Shown in pieces: positions 42,448 through 55,442 of a stretch of DNA of 64,000 bases (the first letter of the stretch is position 1; the number at the start of each line of letters is the position of its first letter). Origin of the DNA: Geosiphon pyriformis uo1 (taxonomy: Eukaryota; Fungi; Glomeromycota). The DNA is taken from positions 62,001-126,000 of the forward strand of contig JAAOMT010000572.1 of NCBI GenBank assembly GCA_016748015.1. Direction: 5' to 3'. The notes below the pieces were generated by a model, which did no database searches, had not been told where the DNA came from, and saw only the letters and a program-made list of their open reading frames with translations. Made by a program: the position numbers and the translations under genes.

Positions 42448-45400
42448 GTGGCAACCACACCAGACACAGCAACTCTAGAGTATTACCAGTCAATTTACAC
42501 CCACTGCAAGCAAAAATTCAACATTCCAGACGGAATTGAAGTTGTAAAGAAATTAGTATACCAATATATTGAAAACCACATTAACAATTATCTTTTTGAA
42601 AACTACAACATTTCAGAAGTTAGAAGCAACTTCTACAATAATTTAGTGCACTATTCACAATTGGGAACAGAAGATCTGAACAGTGAAATACTTGCTACCT
42701 ACTTTCAAGAACTTAATTTTAACATTATTGAGTATTGTGAAGAAAAATACCCAGTACAGTCTAAATACTCTTTTGACTTTAAATCAGAGACAGAAACAAG
42801 CAACAAAGGCAAACAAAGATTGAAGCAATACTCAAGAACCACTCCAAACACTCCAACACTACAAAAGACAACTGCCAAACACTTGCAAACACCTGAACAA
42901 AGAACCAGTGTCAAATTACCGTTTTCTATTACACTATTTCCAATTTCACTTGTTCAACCACAAACACCAAGTTCATCACTTAGCTGTTTCTCCAGACCAG
43001 AAGATTTTCAGTCACCTAGAAATCCTATTCAACAGCAGAAACCAATATCAACAAGTGCTAATATCATTGATTACTTACAGAAAAACGAAAGTAATCATTC
43101 AGAAAGCTTGGAAAGTAAAGAAACTGAATCAGAACCAGAAGAAATGGCAACTGCTTACATTGCAAAAATCTCAAAATTCACTGGTGAAAACAATAATACC
43201 AGTTCTCAAGAATGGCTTGACAAGATTCAAAAAGCAGGAGACGCAAATAGTTGGATTGCAGTGAGAATGCTCAAAGCAATTCCCTACTTTCTCCAAGGAA
43301 CAGCAGGAGAATGGTTTGAAAATTTAGAAGAACCATTTGAAAACTGGCAAGCATTCAAAAATGCTTTTCTACAACAATTCACCAACAACAATACCTCTAT
43401 CACTCTCAGAAACCACTTTCGCACTATCAAACAAGAAACATCTGAATCTGTTATGACCTATCTTGGAAGATTTAACAAACTTCTCAGACGAATTCGACAA
43501 TTGGAAACCAATAACTACTATTCTGATGCTCAAATTCTGGATCAGTTTATAGCAGGGTTAAAAGACAAACTGATTAAGAAAGTCTGTCCACATGCTTTAG
43601 CAGACTTAGCAACTGCTATTAGACATGCAAAGAGCTATGAAATGGCAATGGAAGAAGCAAATCACACTAAGCTTGTAAACCTTGCAATTGGAGAAACCAG
43701 CTTAGCAGCTGAAAAAAAAATATACCAACTCACAAAGAAAGTTGAAAGCTATTTTACAAACCAATAACAACAACAGCAACAACCACAAAAATATTAACCA
43801 CCACAATGATGCAACCAAAACAATTTTGGATTACCATCCAACAACCAATCTCAAAATTGTCATTATTGTGGAATTTCAGAACACTGGAAACGAGATTGTA
43901 GAAAATTACAAAGAGACCAACAAAACAAGAGTAATCAACATTACTCTTTACTACAACAATTTTATTACCAATCTCCATTACCAACCTATTATTCACCAAG
44001 ACCACAAAATCAAAACAGTTACTATTCACCAGCTCCACAACCAATACAGCAACAATATTAGCAACCTTTACCAATTCAGCCATATCAGATACCACCCACT
44101 CAACAATATTAAGTATCAACAAGAAGATTGGTTCAACATAACTAATTTACACCCCAAAATTAATTGCAGAGTAACAACAACAGAATCAATCCAAATAACC
44201 AGTTGGTTCCCCAAAATTCGGGTTAACAAAGACCCAATCACTATCACACTCAACCCAGTTATCTTATAATACCAGAGAAATCGGATTTTCAACAAACTGC
44301 ACTTTCTGAAGATGAAGTTGCAGCGCTAAGATCAAACTCTTCCAACCACACCATTCTATCAGCTCAAATTGCCAAAAATGCTAATCTGTCAGATATATTT
44401 CCATTTGAATTTGAAGCAAATGAATCATCATTTCTGCTTAGTAATGCAGCAGTTAATAAACAGAAAGCAATTACTGCCATGTACACAGAAGCTACAGTAG
44501 AAGGAAAACCCATTCACTTAATCTTAGATAGTAGATCAGCTGGAAGTATCATCACTTACCAGCTGATGCAACAACTCAAATGAAACATAGACAGACCAGC
44601 TCAAACAGTTATTGTCACAGCTGATGGTATAAAGAAGACTCCAGTAGGAGAAATTGATGATTTCCCTTTTTCAATTGATGGAATCACTATTCCAGTTAAA
44701 GTTCTTGTTATAGATGCACCCCAATACCAAGCTCTAGTCGGAAATGATTGGCTTCTCAAGACCAATACAAACCTGAACTGGGAAACTCAAGAACTTAAAA
44801 TCTCATACCAAGGACAATATACTATAGTATCTTTAACAAATGATCAGAAAAAGCTTCAGTATTTGAATTTGAAGAGGAGAAAAAAATGCCACTTATTGAA
44901 ACCTACATGGCTCTTGGATCAACATCCAATTGGGCTGAAGAAACTGAACAAGAGATTTTTGAAGAATCAAGAGGATGAAAGAAAGTTAGATATTCTACAC
45001 CAGAACTATAGAAACAACCACCCTATATTCCACTCAAATACAAAGATTGCAACAAAAAACTTTTATCAATGGAAGCATGTATTTCTCCAGAAGAGGAATA
45101 TAAAACTCGTACCTGTTACTTTTGCAAAGCATGCCATAGAAAACGATTTGGATCTCCAAAAAGAAGTGGAAAATGGGACAACATACCTTGCCTTACATGT
45201 GGAGAAATACTACCAGAAGAATACAATTGGATTGATGTAGCAATAAGAAGAGGAGTATGTGATCAAACCTGTCAATATGTTCTATCAATTTCGGAAAAAG
45301 TCAGAAGAGAAACACCATTTGATGCAACATATAACAGTGCTCTCAATAAACTTTATCACTACCCTCATAATGCTGAAATGATTTTTGACCTAGCAATAGC

Positions 45401-48400
45401 ATTGATCAATGGAGCCACCCAAGAAGATGTCTGCCAAATGAAAGAAGCTGAATATATTGAGTATACTATGGAATTAGCTGGATTTGATTATAAAGATGAA
45501 GTAGAAACCTACCACCAAATTGCAAGCCACACATATCCGACCAAAGAAACTCAAATTCAATGATTAGAGCAAATGAACATTCAATTGTGTGAAGAATGTG
45601 TTATGCCTTGTGATAACAAATGGTGTTTAGAATGTTATGCTCTTAGCATTCCTCTGCCAGATGAGAATGATGAAAATGAAATCGAATTTGGAGTATCTGA
45701 ACTAGTAGAAAAACTACCAACCACTCCCATCTATTTTCTTGAAAAGCAACCACCTCTACAACTTAAATATTTTGACAACCATGGCCAAAGAATCAGACCA
45801 GAAAAAGCACACGAAATTGATGCTAGATATGACCTAAGATATCCAGGAAAAGATACTTTGGTTCTCCAACCAAAGTCTTTGACAAAAATCAATCTCAAAA
45901 TTGCTCTTGAAATTCCACCAGAAGCAATGGTTCAAATTGCCTCCAGATCATTATTGGCAAGCAAAAGAATCAATATTAGAGGAGGAGTTATAGATGCAGG
46001 ATACACTGGAGACATTACCATCATGTTACAGAATGAGACAAACAAACCATTCAAAATTGAACANNNNNNNNNNNNNNNNNNNNNNNNNNNNNNNNNNNNN
46101 NNNNNNNNNNNNNNNNNNNNNNNNNNNNNNNNNNNNNNNNNNNNNNNNNNNNNNNNNNNNNNNNNNNNNNNNNNNNNNNNNNNNNNNNNNNNNNNNNNNN
46201 NNNNNNNNNNNNNNNNNNNNNNNNNNNNNNNNNNNNNNNNNNNNNNNNNNNNNNNNNNNNNNNNNNNNNNNNNNNNNNNNNNNNNNNNNNNNNNTGCTCA
46301 AAACCCACCACTACACAACAAATCTTTGAATCCAATGAACAAATCTGTTTGAAACATGAAATATCAATTCCAAACGTTTATATTCCCAAAGGAATGAAAA
46401 AATTTTGAGTTACATTTTACAACCCCAATAATTACCCTATTGTTTTATTAAACAAATTAGAAATTGGAATCATACACAGCAATATCTTTCAAGATAAAAA
46501 CCCTCAAATTGTCTCTAATTTCATCGAAATTGTAAAGCACACTCTACTCTCAAATCCAAATATCATTTCCACTACTGAAAACTACCACTTGTTGGAAGAA
46601 AAACTCTCTTGAATCAATATGGGTCCCTTAGAACCTCAACAACAAAGACAATTGAAACAATTGATAGCTGAATTTGCAGATATATTTGCAAAAGACAACA
46701 ATGACTTGGAAAAAACAGACATTGTTCAACATCAGATCCATACAGTAGATGCTCTACCAAAACATTAACAAGCTTATCAAGTGCCACCTGCCAGCCACCA
46801 ATTCATCAGAGAAGAGGTCTAAAGAATGCTCAATAACGGATTGATTCAACCATCAAGAAGTCCTTGGGCCTTACCAGTAGTTTTAGTTAAAAAAAAAAAC
46901 GGAAAAATCAGATTCTGTGTTAATTATAGACAACTGAATAGTGTTACAATTGGAGATGCTTACCCTTTTCCAAGAATTGATAACATGTTAGATGCTCTAG
47001 GAAAAGCCAAGTTCTTTTCAACTTTAGACCTGGAAAGTGGATACTGGCAAGTCGAAATGGACCCAAAAGATAGACCCAAAACAGCATTCACTATTCAAGG
47101 AGGAAATTATGAGTTCAATGTTATGCCTTTTGGACTCTGCAATGCACCAGCAACATTTTAGCAACTCATGGATGTTGTCTATGAAGAGCTCTTATGGCAA
47201 TCAGTAGTTGTTTATCTTGATGATACTAATGTATACTCACCAAGCTTTAAAGCCCATCTCATTTATCTGTAAGAAGTTTTTCAACGATTACGGAAAGCAA
47301 GATTAAAGTTAAATATTGAGAAATGTCACTTTGGAAAAACAAGCTTGATCTTTCTTGGACATATAGTTAGTAAAGATGGAATCAAACCAAATTCAGGAAC
47401 AATCAGTGCTGTCAAAAACTTTCAAACCCCCAGAAATACTACAGAACTAAGAGGATTTGTGGGATTAGCTTCCTACTATTGAAAATTCATAAAAGAATTC
47501 TCAGAAATTGCCAAACCACTCAATTATCTTACTAACAAAAACGTACCATACTAATAGACTGAAGAACAACAAAAAGCTTTTGAAATTCTTAAAACAAAAT
47601 TAACAACAGTCCCAGTTCTTGCTTACCCAGACTTCAACAAACAATTCCAATTAGCCACTAATGCCTTATACATAGCATTTGGTGCCATCTTATCACAATT
47701 AGATGAAAATGGCCAAGAACAAGTTATTGTCTATGTCAGCAGAACACTCAAGCCAACAGAACTCAAATATGGCTCAACTGAATTAGAAGCTGCTGCAGTT
47801 ATTTGGGTTCTTAAACATTTTCAACAATATTTGAAGAATGGAAAAAAATTTGACATAATAACGGACAACATTGGCCTCAAATGGCTCAATAAAAAGAAAA
47901 CTAAACAAAGTGCCAAACAGTCTTGATGGAATGACTTCTTAGCAGACTACAGATATATTGTACACTACAAACCAGGAAAACTACATACCAATGTTGATAG
48001 CCTCTCAAGAATAAGACAAGATTAATACCAACAACAATTCCACCACAACTTACCAACTTACCAACAAAATAACCAAACAAGAATAGATCCCAGAAACTAC
48101 AGCAATCTTAAAAATTATTTGGAGACTCTTATCATGCCAGAAAACTGGTCTCCAAGTGAAAAACACCACTTACAACACTAATCAAAATAATATTTCATAC
48201 ACCAGAACAAAATCTATTATAAAAATCACAGAAAACCAAACCAGTCACTCAGATTAGTACAAGAGAATGAAAAAGAAACAATTTTATATAACATGCACAC
48301 AGATCCGTCTTCAGCACACTTGGAAAAAGAGGAAACAATTCAAAGAACCCTTGAACATTATTTTTGGCCCCACATGCAAAAAGACATTTGACAATATGTA

Positions 48401-49215
48401 GAATCTTGTGATAATTGTCAAAGAAAAAGAGGAATTCACTCCACAGAACCTCTAAATTCAATTAAAGTTGGACAACCTTTTGACAGAGTTGGAATTGATT
48501 TAGTCGGACCATTACCTATTACAACCCAAGGAAATCGTTATATTGCAGTTGCAGTGGATTATCTTACCAAATGGCTTGAAGCTAGAGCCATCCAAAGAGC
48601 AGATGCAAAATCAGTAGCAAATTTCATCTATGAAAACATTATCTGTAGACATGGATGCTCAATTGAACTTTTATCTGATCAAGAAACACATTTTGTGAAC
48701 AACTTGATACAAGAAATTTGTGAATGGTTCAATGTCAAAAGATCTCTATTATCACTTTATTACCCTCAAACAAATATACTTGTAGAATGTTTCAACAGAA
48801 CATTGTGTGAATCTCTAGCCAAAGTCTCAACAGACTTTAAGCAGGAATGGGATATCTTTATTCCATCAGTATTACTAGCATACAGAACACTAAAACAAGA
48901 TACTATGAAACACATACCATTTGATCTTACTTATAGAAAGACAGCAACATTACCAATTAATTTCACAGTGGAAACATACCCAGTGCAACCAATCAATGAA
49001 GAAAACTTTCAAGAGACACTCCAAAGAAGAGCCTACACTCTTCTTAGTACANNNNNNNNNNNNNNNNNNNNTTGAAACACTATCATTCCAGAAACAATCC
49101 TGAACCATTAATTCCACAAATTGGTACACATTCCTCTTTAATTAATCCTGAAGATATTCCCCGAAATTTAGAACTAATAATTATAATAGAACAACAACCA
49201 AACTTGAATACTTAA
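42448..49215 (+). pseudogene. Single gag-pol ORF of copy B: N-terminal domain, Gag, CCHC, Q/N-rich linker, protease, Cys-rich domain, dUTPase, RT, RNase H, integrase
   Basis: ORF 42448-43767 (Gag: AGEWF..F..QF..QETSESV..Y..RF); CHYCGISEHWKRDC at ~43858-43899; ILDS protease at 44521; ORFs 45069-45563, 45573-, 46826-47161 and 48554-49075 (VDYLTKW, LSDQ, VECFNRTL). Two N gaps. Confidence 0.93.
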
Positions 49216-49357
49216 ATTTTACAATAATTTTCTAATAAAAACACAAAGACAAAAATAGTAAATAATTACAAAACACCCAAACCCAAAAACAAATAAAAAC
49301 CCCATATCCAAAAATAATTTTTTTTATTCTCTCTTTTCATAATTAGTCAATTTTATT

Positions 49358-50064
49358 ATGATTATTCTCTGAAATATTCAACAAATATCCCAAAAATTAA
49401 TGTTAGCCTTGAAAACACTCCCTGACTTATCTATAACGATTAATAGAAATCAAATTAATTACATTCAGAAAGAAAACACAGCCCCAGTAGTAAATCATTT
49501 ACAGAACTATTACTCTTATAAAAGAAAAACAAGAAGTCACTCTGAGAATAGATACCAAGACTTTTGAAGCAGGCACTAGAAGAAAATCTTTTAATTGCCC
49601 CTATTAACATTTCACCAAATGCTACAATACAACAAAAACTTCTACTACTTCTTAATAAACAGAACAATGAACACACCCCTATCTATAAATACTTTCAAAT
49701 TGGAAAAACACTTTATGAACAAAAACTGGAACTTGAAGCAACAAATCTTACTCCTGAAGCTATACAAAAACAAATCCACAATGAATTCAAAACAGCAGCT
49801 GGACCAACAAACACTCGCTACAGACTTAGAGCAGCTCTTAGACTCTATGACTTGTTTAATACTTGTGAAAATGTTCTACAAAATCCAATACTGCAACCAA
49901 TGAAAATCCAATACATTGGCAAACTTACAGAACTGAAATTTCAACAATTTTCAGACCAAATTACTTCAATTATTTTGGATCACTATCTCAATATCACAGA
50001 TAGTGCTTGGACTTTGACAGAGCTCAGTCTTGAGGAAGAGATTATGTTACCAGTAGAATTTTAG
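49358..50064 (+). pseudogene. Accessory ORF3 of copy B (premature stop plus 1-bp frameshift)
   Basis: ATG at 49358; the 166-aa piece 49564-50064 is near-identical to copy A ORF3. Confidence 0.75.
50032..50040 (+). promoter_or_regulatory. Polypurine tract GAGGAAGAG
   Basis: 4 nt upstream of the 3' LTR TG; identical in copy A. Confidence 0.8.
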
Positions 50065-51014
50065 CTATTAATTAACATGAAATTACCCTTATAATTCCTA
50101 TAATTTATTAGTATATTAATATTATTTCAAATTATCATTTATTATTTAATCAATTATCACATATCACGATTCAATTAAAATAATCTAATTAGTATAACAG
50201 AAAGTAGGATGATCAAATTACACAATACCCTGAACTTTATAACATTCAAAAATTCGCCGAAATTTACAGAAATTCGCCGAAATTATGAATAGTTCACCCA
50301 AATTAATCAATAGTTCAGTGAAATAACTTGTAGTTCATCAAAATGTATTTTTAATTTGCTGAAATTTAAGCAAAGAGAAAAAGTGCAAGTTCATAGACTA
50401 GTACTACAACAAGTTGTATAAAAGAAGAGCTTTTCTCTTCTGGAAAATGTATTTTACTTTAGATTTATCACTTAGAACCATTCCTACACACACAAAAAGA
50501 AATAAATATCAAATAATTCGAAAAACCAAACTCTTTAAATTATTGTATTTGGAAAATCTTCAAAACCCAACTAACATTTTGAAATTGACTAGCTACCAAT
50601 TTCAGTAAACTGTTAGTGACTCCAGGTCTGGATAGAAAACGTTTCTCTTGACAAAATTTTATTTCTTTTACATTTTTTTTATTTTTTTATTTTTTTTATT
50701 ATAATTATTAGGGTAGCTTACAGACAAGATTCCTGTAGAAGAGTTGACTTTTACAGCAAAGTAACTATACATTTTAGTGAGCTTCCAGACGAGCAATTCC
50801 TGGGAAAAAGTTGATGTTTACTACAACATAACTACATAAAGTAACTGGCATGGAATTGGCCATTCCACTTATAAGCCCAGCAAGTTCAAATTATAGAAGA
50901 TAATTTGAAGATAAATTCAGTTATTGGAGGTTCAACTACTTTCTAAGAATGTAAATTCACAGTAAATCAATATTACCAACATTTAAGAAAAGAGACCAAA
51001 AACCTCCAGTAATA
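50045..51014 (+). repeat. 3' LTR of Ty3 copy B (terminal CA mutated to TA)
   Basis: Repeat of 41431-42402, followed by TSD CCAG. Confidence 0.95.
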
Positions 51015-51018
51015 CCAG

Positions 51019-54000
51019 CTAATTCCATGGTATACTCAATGTATTTAGCTTCTTTCATTTGGCAGACATCTTCTTGGGTGGCTCTATTGATCAATGTCAT
51101 TGCTAGGTCAAAAATCATTTCAGCATCATGAGGGTAGTGATAAAGTTTATTGAGAGCACTGTTGTATGCTGCATTAAATGGTGTTTCTCTTCTGATTTTT
51201 TCCGAAATTGATAGAGCATATTGACAGATCTGATCACATACTCCTCTTCTCATTGTTATATTAATCCAATTGCATTCTTCTGGTAGTTTTTCTTCACAAG
51301 TAAGGCAAAGAGTTTTGTCCTATTTTCCACTTCTCTTTGGAGATCCAAATCGTTCTCTATGACATGTCTTGTAGAAGTAACAAGTGCAAGTTTCATATTC
51401 TTCTTCTGGAGAAATACAGGCTCCCATAGATAAAAGCTTCTTTTTGCAATCTTTGCATTTTAGTGGAATGTATAATGGTTCTTTTTGTGGTTTTGGTATG
51501 GAATATTTAACTTTTTTTCATCTTCTTGATTCTTCAAAAATCTCTTGTTCTGTTTCTTCAGCCCAATTGGATGGTGATCCAAGAGCCATGTAGGTTTTAG
51601 TGAGTGGCATTTTCTTCTCTTCTTTAAATTCAAATACTGGAGCTTTTTCTGATCATTTGTTAAAGGTACTACAGATTGTAGATACTATAGTATATTGTCC
51701 TTGGTATGAGATTTTAAGTTCTTGAGTTTTCCAGTTCAGGTTTGCATTGGCCTTGAGAAGCCAATCATTTCCGACTAGAGCTTGGTATTGGGGTGCATCT
51801 ATAACAAGAACTTTAACTAGAATAGTGATTCCATCAATTGTAAAGGGGAAATCATTAATTTTTTCTACTGGAGTTTTTTTTATACCATCAGCTGTAACAA
51901 TAACTGTTTGAGCTGGTCTGTCTACATTTCATTTGAGTTGTTGCATCAGCTGGTAAGTGATGATACTTCCAGTCAATCCACTATTTAAGATTAAGTAAAT
52001 GGGTTTTCTTTTTACTGTAGCTTCTGTGTACATAGCAGTAATTGCTTTCTGTTCATTGACTGCTGTATTACTAAGCAGAAATGGTGATTCATTTGCTTCA
52101 AATTCAAATGGAAATATATCTGACAGATTGGCATTTTGGGCAATTTGAGCTGATAGAATGGTGTGGTTGAAAGAGTTTGATCTTAGCACTGCAACTTCAC
52201 TTTCAGAAAGTGCAGTTTGTTAAAAATCCGATTCCTCTGGTATTGTAAGATAACTGGGTTGAGTGTGATAGTGATTGGGTCTTTGCTGACCAGAATTTCG
52301 GGGAACTAACTGGTTATTTGGATTGATTCTGTTGTTGTTACTCTGCAATTGATTTTGGAGTGTAAATCGGTTATGTTGAACCAATCTTCTTGCTGATACT
52401 TGATATTGTTGAGTGGGTGGTGTCTGATATGGCTGAATTGGTAAAAGTTGCTGATATTGTTGCTGCATTGGTTGTGAAGCTGGTGGATAGTAACTGTTTT
52501 GATTTTGTGGTCTTGGTGAATAATAGATTGGTGATGGAGATTGGTAATAAAATTGTTGTAGTAAAAAGTAATGTTGATTACTCTTGTTTTGTTGGTCTCT
52601 TTGTAATTTCCTACAATCTCGTTTCCAGTGTTCTGAAATTCCACAATAATGACAATTTTGAGGTTGGTTGTTGGATGGTGATCCAAAATTGTTTTGGTTG
52701 CATTATTGTGAGAGTTGATATCTTTGTGGTTGTTGTTGCTATTGTTGTTGGTTTGTGAAGTAGCTTTCAATCTTTTTTGTGAATTGGTCTATCTTCTCTT
52801 CAGCTGCTGAGCTGGTTTCTCCAATTGCAAGGTTTACAAGCTTGGTGTGATTTGCTTCTTCCATTGCTATTTCATAGCTTTTTGCATGTCTAATAGCAGT
52901 TGCTAAGTCTGCTAGAGCATGTGGACAGACTTTTTTAATCAGTTTGTCTTTTAACCCTGCTATAAACTGATCCAGAATTTGAGCATCAGAATAGTAGTTA
53001 TTGGTTTCCAATTGTCAGATTTGTCTGAGAAGTTTGTTAAATCTTCCAAGATAGGTCATAACAGTTTCAGATGTTTCTTGTTTGATATTGTAAAAGCAGT
53101 TTCTGAGAGTGATAGAGGTATTGTTGTCAATGAATTGTTGTAGAAAAGCATCTTTGAATGCTTGCCAGTTTTCAAATGATTCTTCTAAATTTTCAAACTA
53201 TTCTCCTGCTGTTCCTTAGAGAAAGTAGGGAATTGCTTTAAGCATTCTTGCTGCACTCCAACCATTTGCATCTCCTGCTTTTTGAACTTTCTCAAGTTAT
53301 TCTTGAGAACTGGTATCATTGTCTTCATCAGTGAATTCTGGAATTTTTGCAATATAAGCAGTTGCCATTTCTTCTTTGTTTTCTGTGATTTTTTCTGGTT
53401 TTGATTCAGTTTTTTTACTTTCCAAGCTTTTTGAATGATTACTTTCGTTTTCCTGTAAGTAATCAATGATATTGGCACTTGTTGATATTGGTTCTTGTTG
53501 TTGAGTAGGATTTTTAGATGACTAAAAATCTTCTGGTCTGGAGAAACAGTTAAGTAGTGAACTTGGTGTTTGTGGTTAAACAAGTGAAATTGGAAATGGT
53601 GTAATAGAAAGTGGTAATTTGACACTGGTTCTTTGTTCAGGTGTTTGCAAGTGTTTGGCAGTTGTCTTTGGTAGTATTGGAGTGTTTGGAGCGGTTTTTG
53701 AGTGTTGTTTCACTTTTTGTTTGCCTTTGTTGCCTGTTTCTGTTTCTGATTCAAAGTCAAAAAAGTATTTAGACTATACTGAGTATTTTTTTCACAATAC
53801 TTGATAATGTTGTAATTGAGTTCTTGAAAGTAAGTGGCAAGTGTTTCACTGTTAAGGTCTTCAGTTCCCAATTGTGAATAGTGTACTAGATTATTGTAGA
53901 GATTGCTTCTCACTTCTGAAATGTTGTAATTTCCAAAAAAATAATTGTTGATGCAATTTTCAATATATTGGTATACTGATTTCTTAACAACTTCAATTCC

Positions 54001-54084
54001 GTCTGGGATGTTGAATCTTTGTTTGCAGTGGGTGTAAATTGTCTGATAATACTCTAGAGTTGTTGTGTCTGGTGTGGTCACCAC
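51019..54084 (-). pseudogene. gag-protease-Cys domain part of copy A
   Basis: ORFs 53710-54222, 52739-53011, 52220-52468, 51929-52189 and 50957-51253 are homologous to 42448-45480. Confidence 0.92.
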
Positions 54085-54113
54085 TTTGAAGTTTGTTGTT
54101 TGCTGTGTTATTT

Positions 54114-54129
54114 CTGTGAGAGAGCACCA
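54114..54129 (-). promoter_or_regulatory. Primer-binding site TGGTGCTCTCTCACAG of copy A
   Basis: 2 nt from the 5' LTR; first 10 nt identical to the copy B PBS. Confidence 0.85.
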
Positions 54130-54131
54130 AA

Positions 54132-55110
54132 TGTTACTGGAGGTTTTTGGTCTCTTTTTTTGAATGTTGTAACTGCCTGTTGGTTGCAAATTCACGTTTT
54201 CTAGAAGTAGTTGAACCTCCAATAACTGAATTTATCTTCAAACTATCTTCTATAATTTGAACTGCTGGGCTTATAAGTAGAATGGCCAATTTCTTGCCAG
54301 TTACTTTATGTAGTTACATTGTAGTAAACATCAACTCTTTTCCAGAAATTGCTTGTCTGGAAGCTCACTAAAAATGTGTAGTTACTTTGCTGTGAAAGTC
54401 AACTCTTCTACAGGAATCTCGTCTGTAGGCTACCCTAATAATTGTAATAAGAAAAGAAAAGAAATGTAAAAGAAATTGAATTCTATTAAGGAAAACGTTT
54501 TCTATCCAGGCCTGGAATCACTAACAGTTTACTGAAATTGGTAGCTAATCAATTTTAAAATGTTAGTTGAGTTTTGGGAATTTTCCAAGTACAATAATTA
54601 AAGAATTTGGTTTTTTAAATTATTTGATATTTATTTCTTTTTGTGTGTGTAGAAATGGTTTTAAGTAATAAATCTAAAGTAAGATACATTTTCTTGAAGA
54701 AAAAAGCTCTTTTTTTATACAACTTGTTGTAGTACTAGTCTATGAACTTGCACTTTTTCTCTTTGCTTAAATTTTGGCAAACTAAAGATACATTTTGATG
54801 GACTACAAGTTATTTTGCTGAACTATTGATTAATTTGGGTGAACTATTCATAATTTCAGCAAATTTCTATAAATTTTGGCAAATTTCTGTAAATTTCGGC
54901 AAACTTTTGAATGTTACAAAATTCAAAGCATTGTGTAATTTGATCATCCTACTTTTTGTTATACTAATTGGATTATTTAATTGAATCATGATATGTGATA
55001 ATTGATTAAATAATAAATGATAATTTGAAATGATATTAATATATTAATTAATTATAGGAATTATAAGAGTAATTTCATGCTAATTAATAGCTAAAATTCT
55101 ACTGGTAACA
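54132..55110 (-). repeat. 5' LTR of Ty3 copy A
   Basis: Direct repeat of 35592-36586. Confidence 0.95.
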
Positions 55111-55442
55111 ATGTAGCCAAAGTGGTGGGAGATCATGAAACTTGGCCATCAAGGGATTGGTTTAGAGTGCTTTTGTTTACTTTGCCAGTGGAAACAATGG
55201 CATATGATCTTAGGACTCTTCTGGATGGGGCTGGTGGGAAAACTTGCATCATCAACAGATCTCTGGAAACTGGTAATAGGATTTATTGTGCTGTAGTCAG
55301 TTTTGAATCTAATAGTGATCTGAAATCTGCTTTTTACACGGAGACAATTCTTGGTGGTATTAAACTTTCTTGGGTGAGAATAGATCTAGTTTGGTGTGAA
55401 AAATGCAGAAAGCTTGGTTATTCTGCTCTGGAATGTGATGTA

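Larger units (their letters stand above)
41431..51014 (+). mobile_element. Ty3/gypsy LTR retrotransposon (copy B, same family) inserted antisense into copy A
   Basis: LTRs 41431-42402 and 50045-51014; perfect 4-bp TSD CCAG (41427-41430 / 51015-51018). Confidence 0.96.
35592..55110 (-). mobile_element. Ty3/gypsy LTR retrotransposon (copy A, ~9.9 kb without its insert)
   Basis: LTRs 35592-36586 and 54132-55110 with TGTTA...TAACA ends; 4-bp TSD ACGT/ATGT (35588-35591 / 55111-55114); domain order PR-RT-RH-IN. Confidence 0.95.

Noticed and set aside
43742-44269. Alternative-frame and antisense ORFs over gag (also 52306-52770, 21389-21892, 26239-26601)
   Set aside because: Shadow ORFs of CAA-rich or biased coding sequence, with no independent motifs.
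42448-45563. Programmed gag/pol frameshift
   Set aside because: Gag and protease are in one frame. The shift in B is explained by a 16-bp deletion relative to A, and dUTPase and RT share a frame in A.
46063-46294. Long ORFs spanning X residues (also 49052-49071)
   Set aside because: Assembly gaps; ORF continuity there is artefactual.
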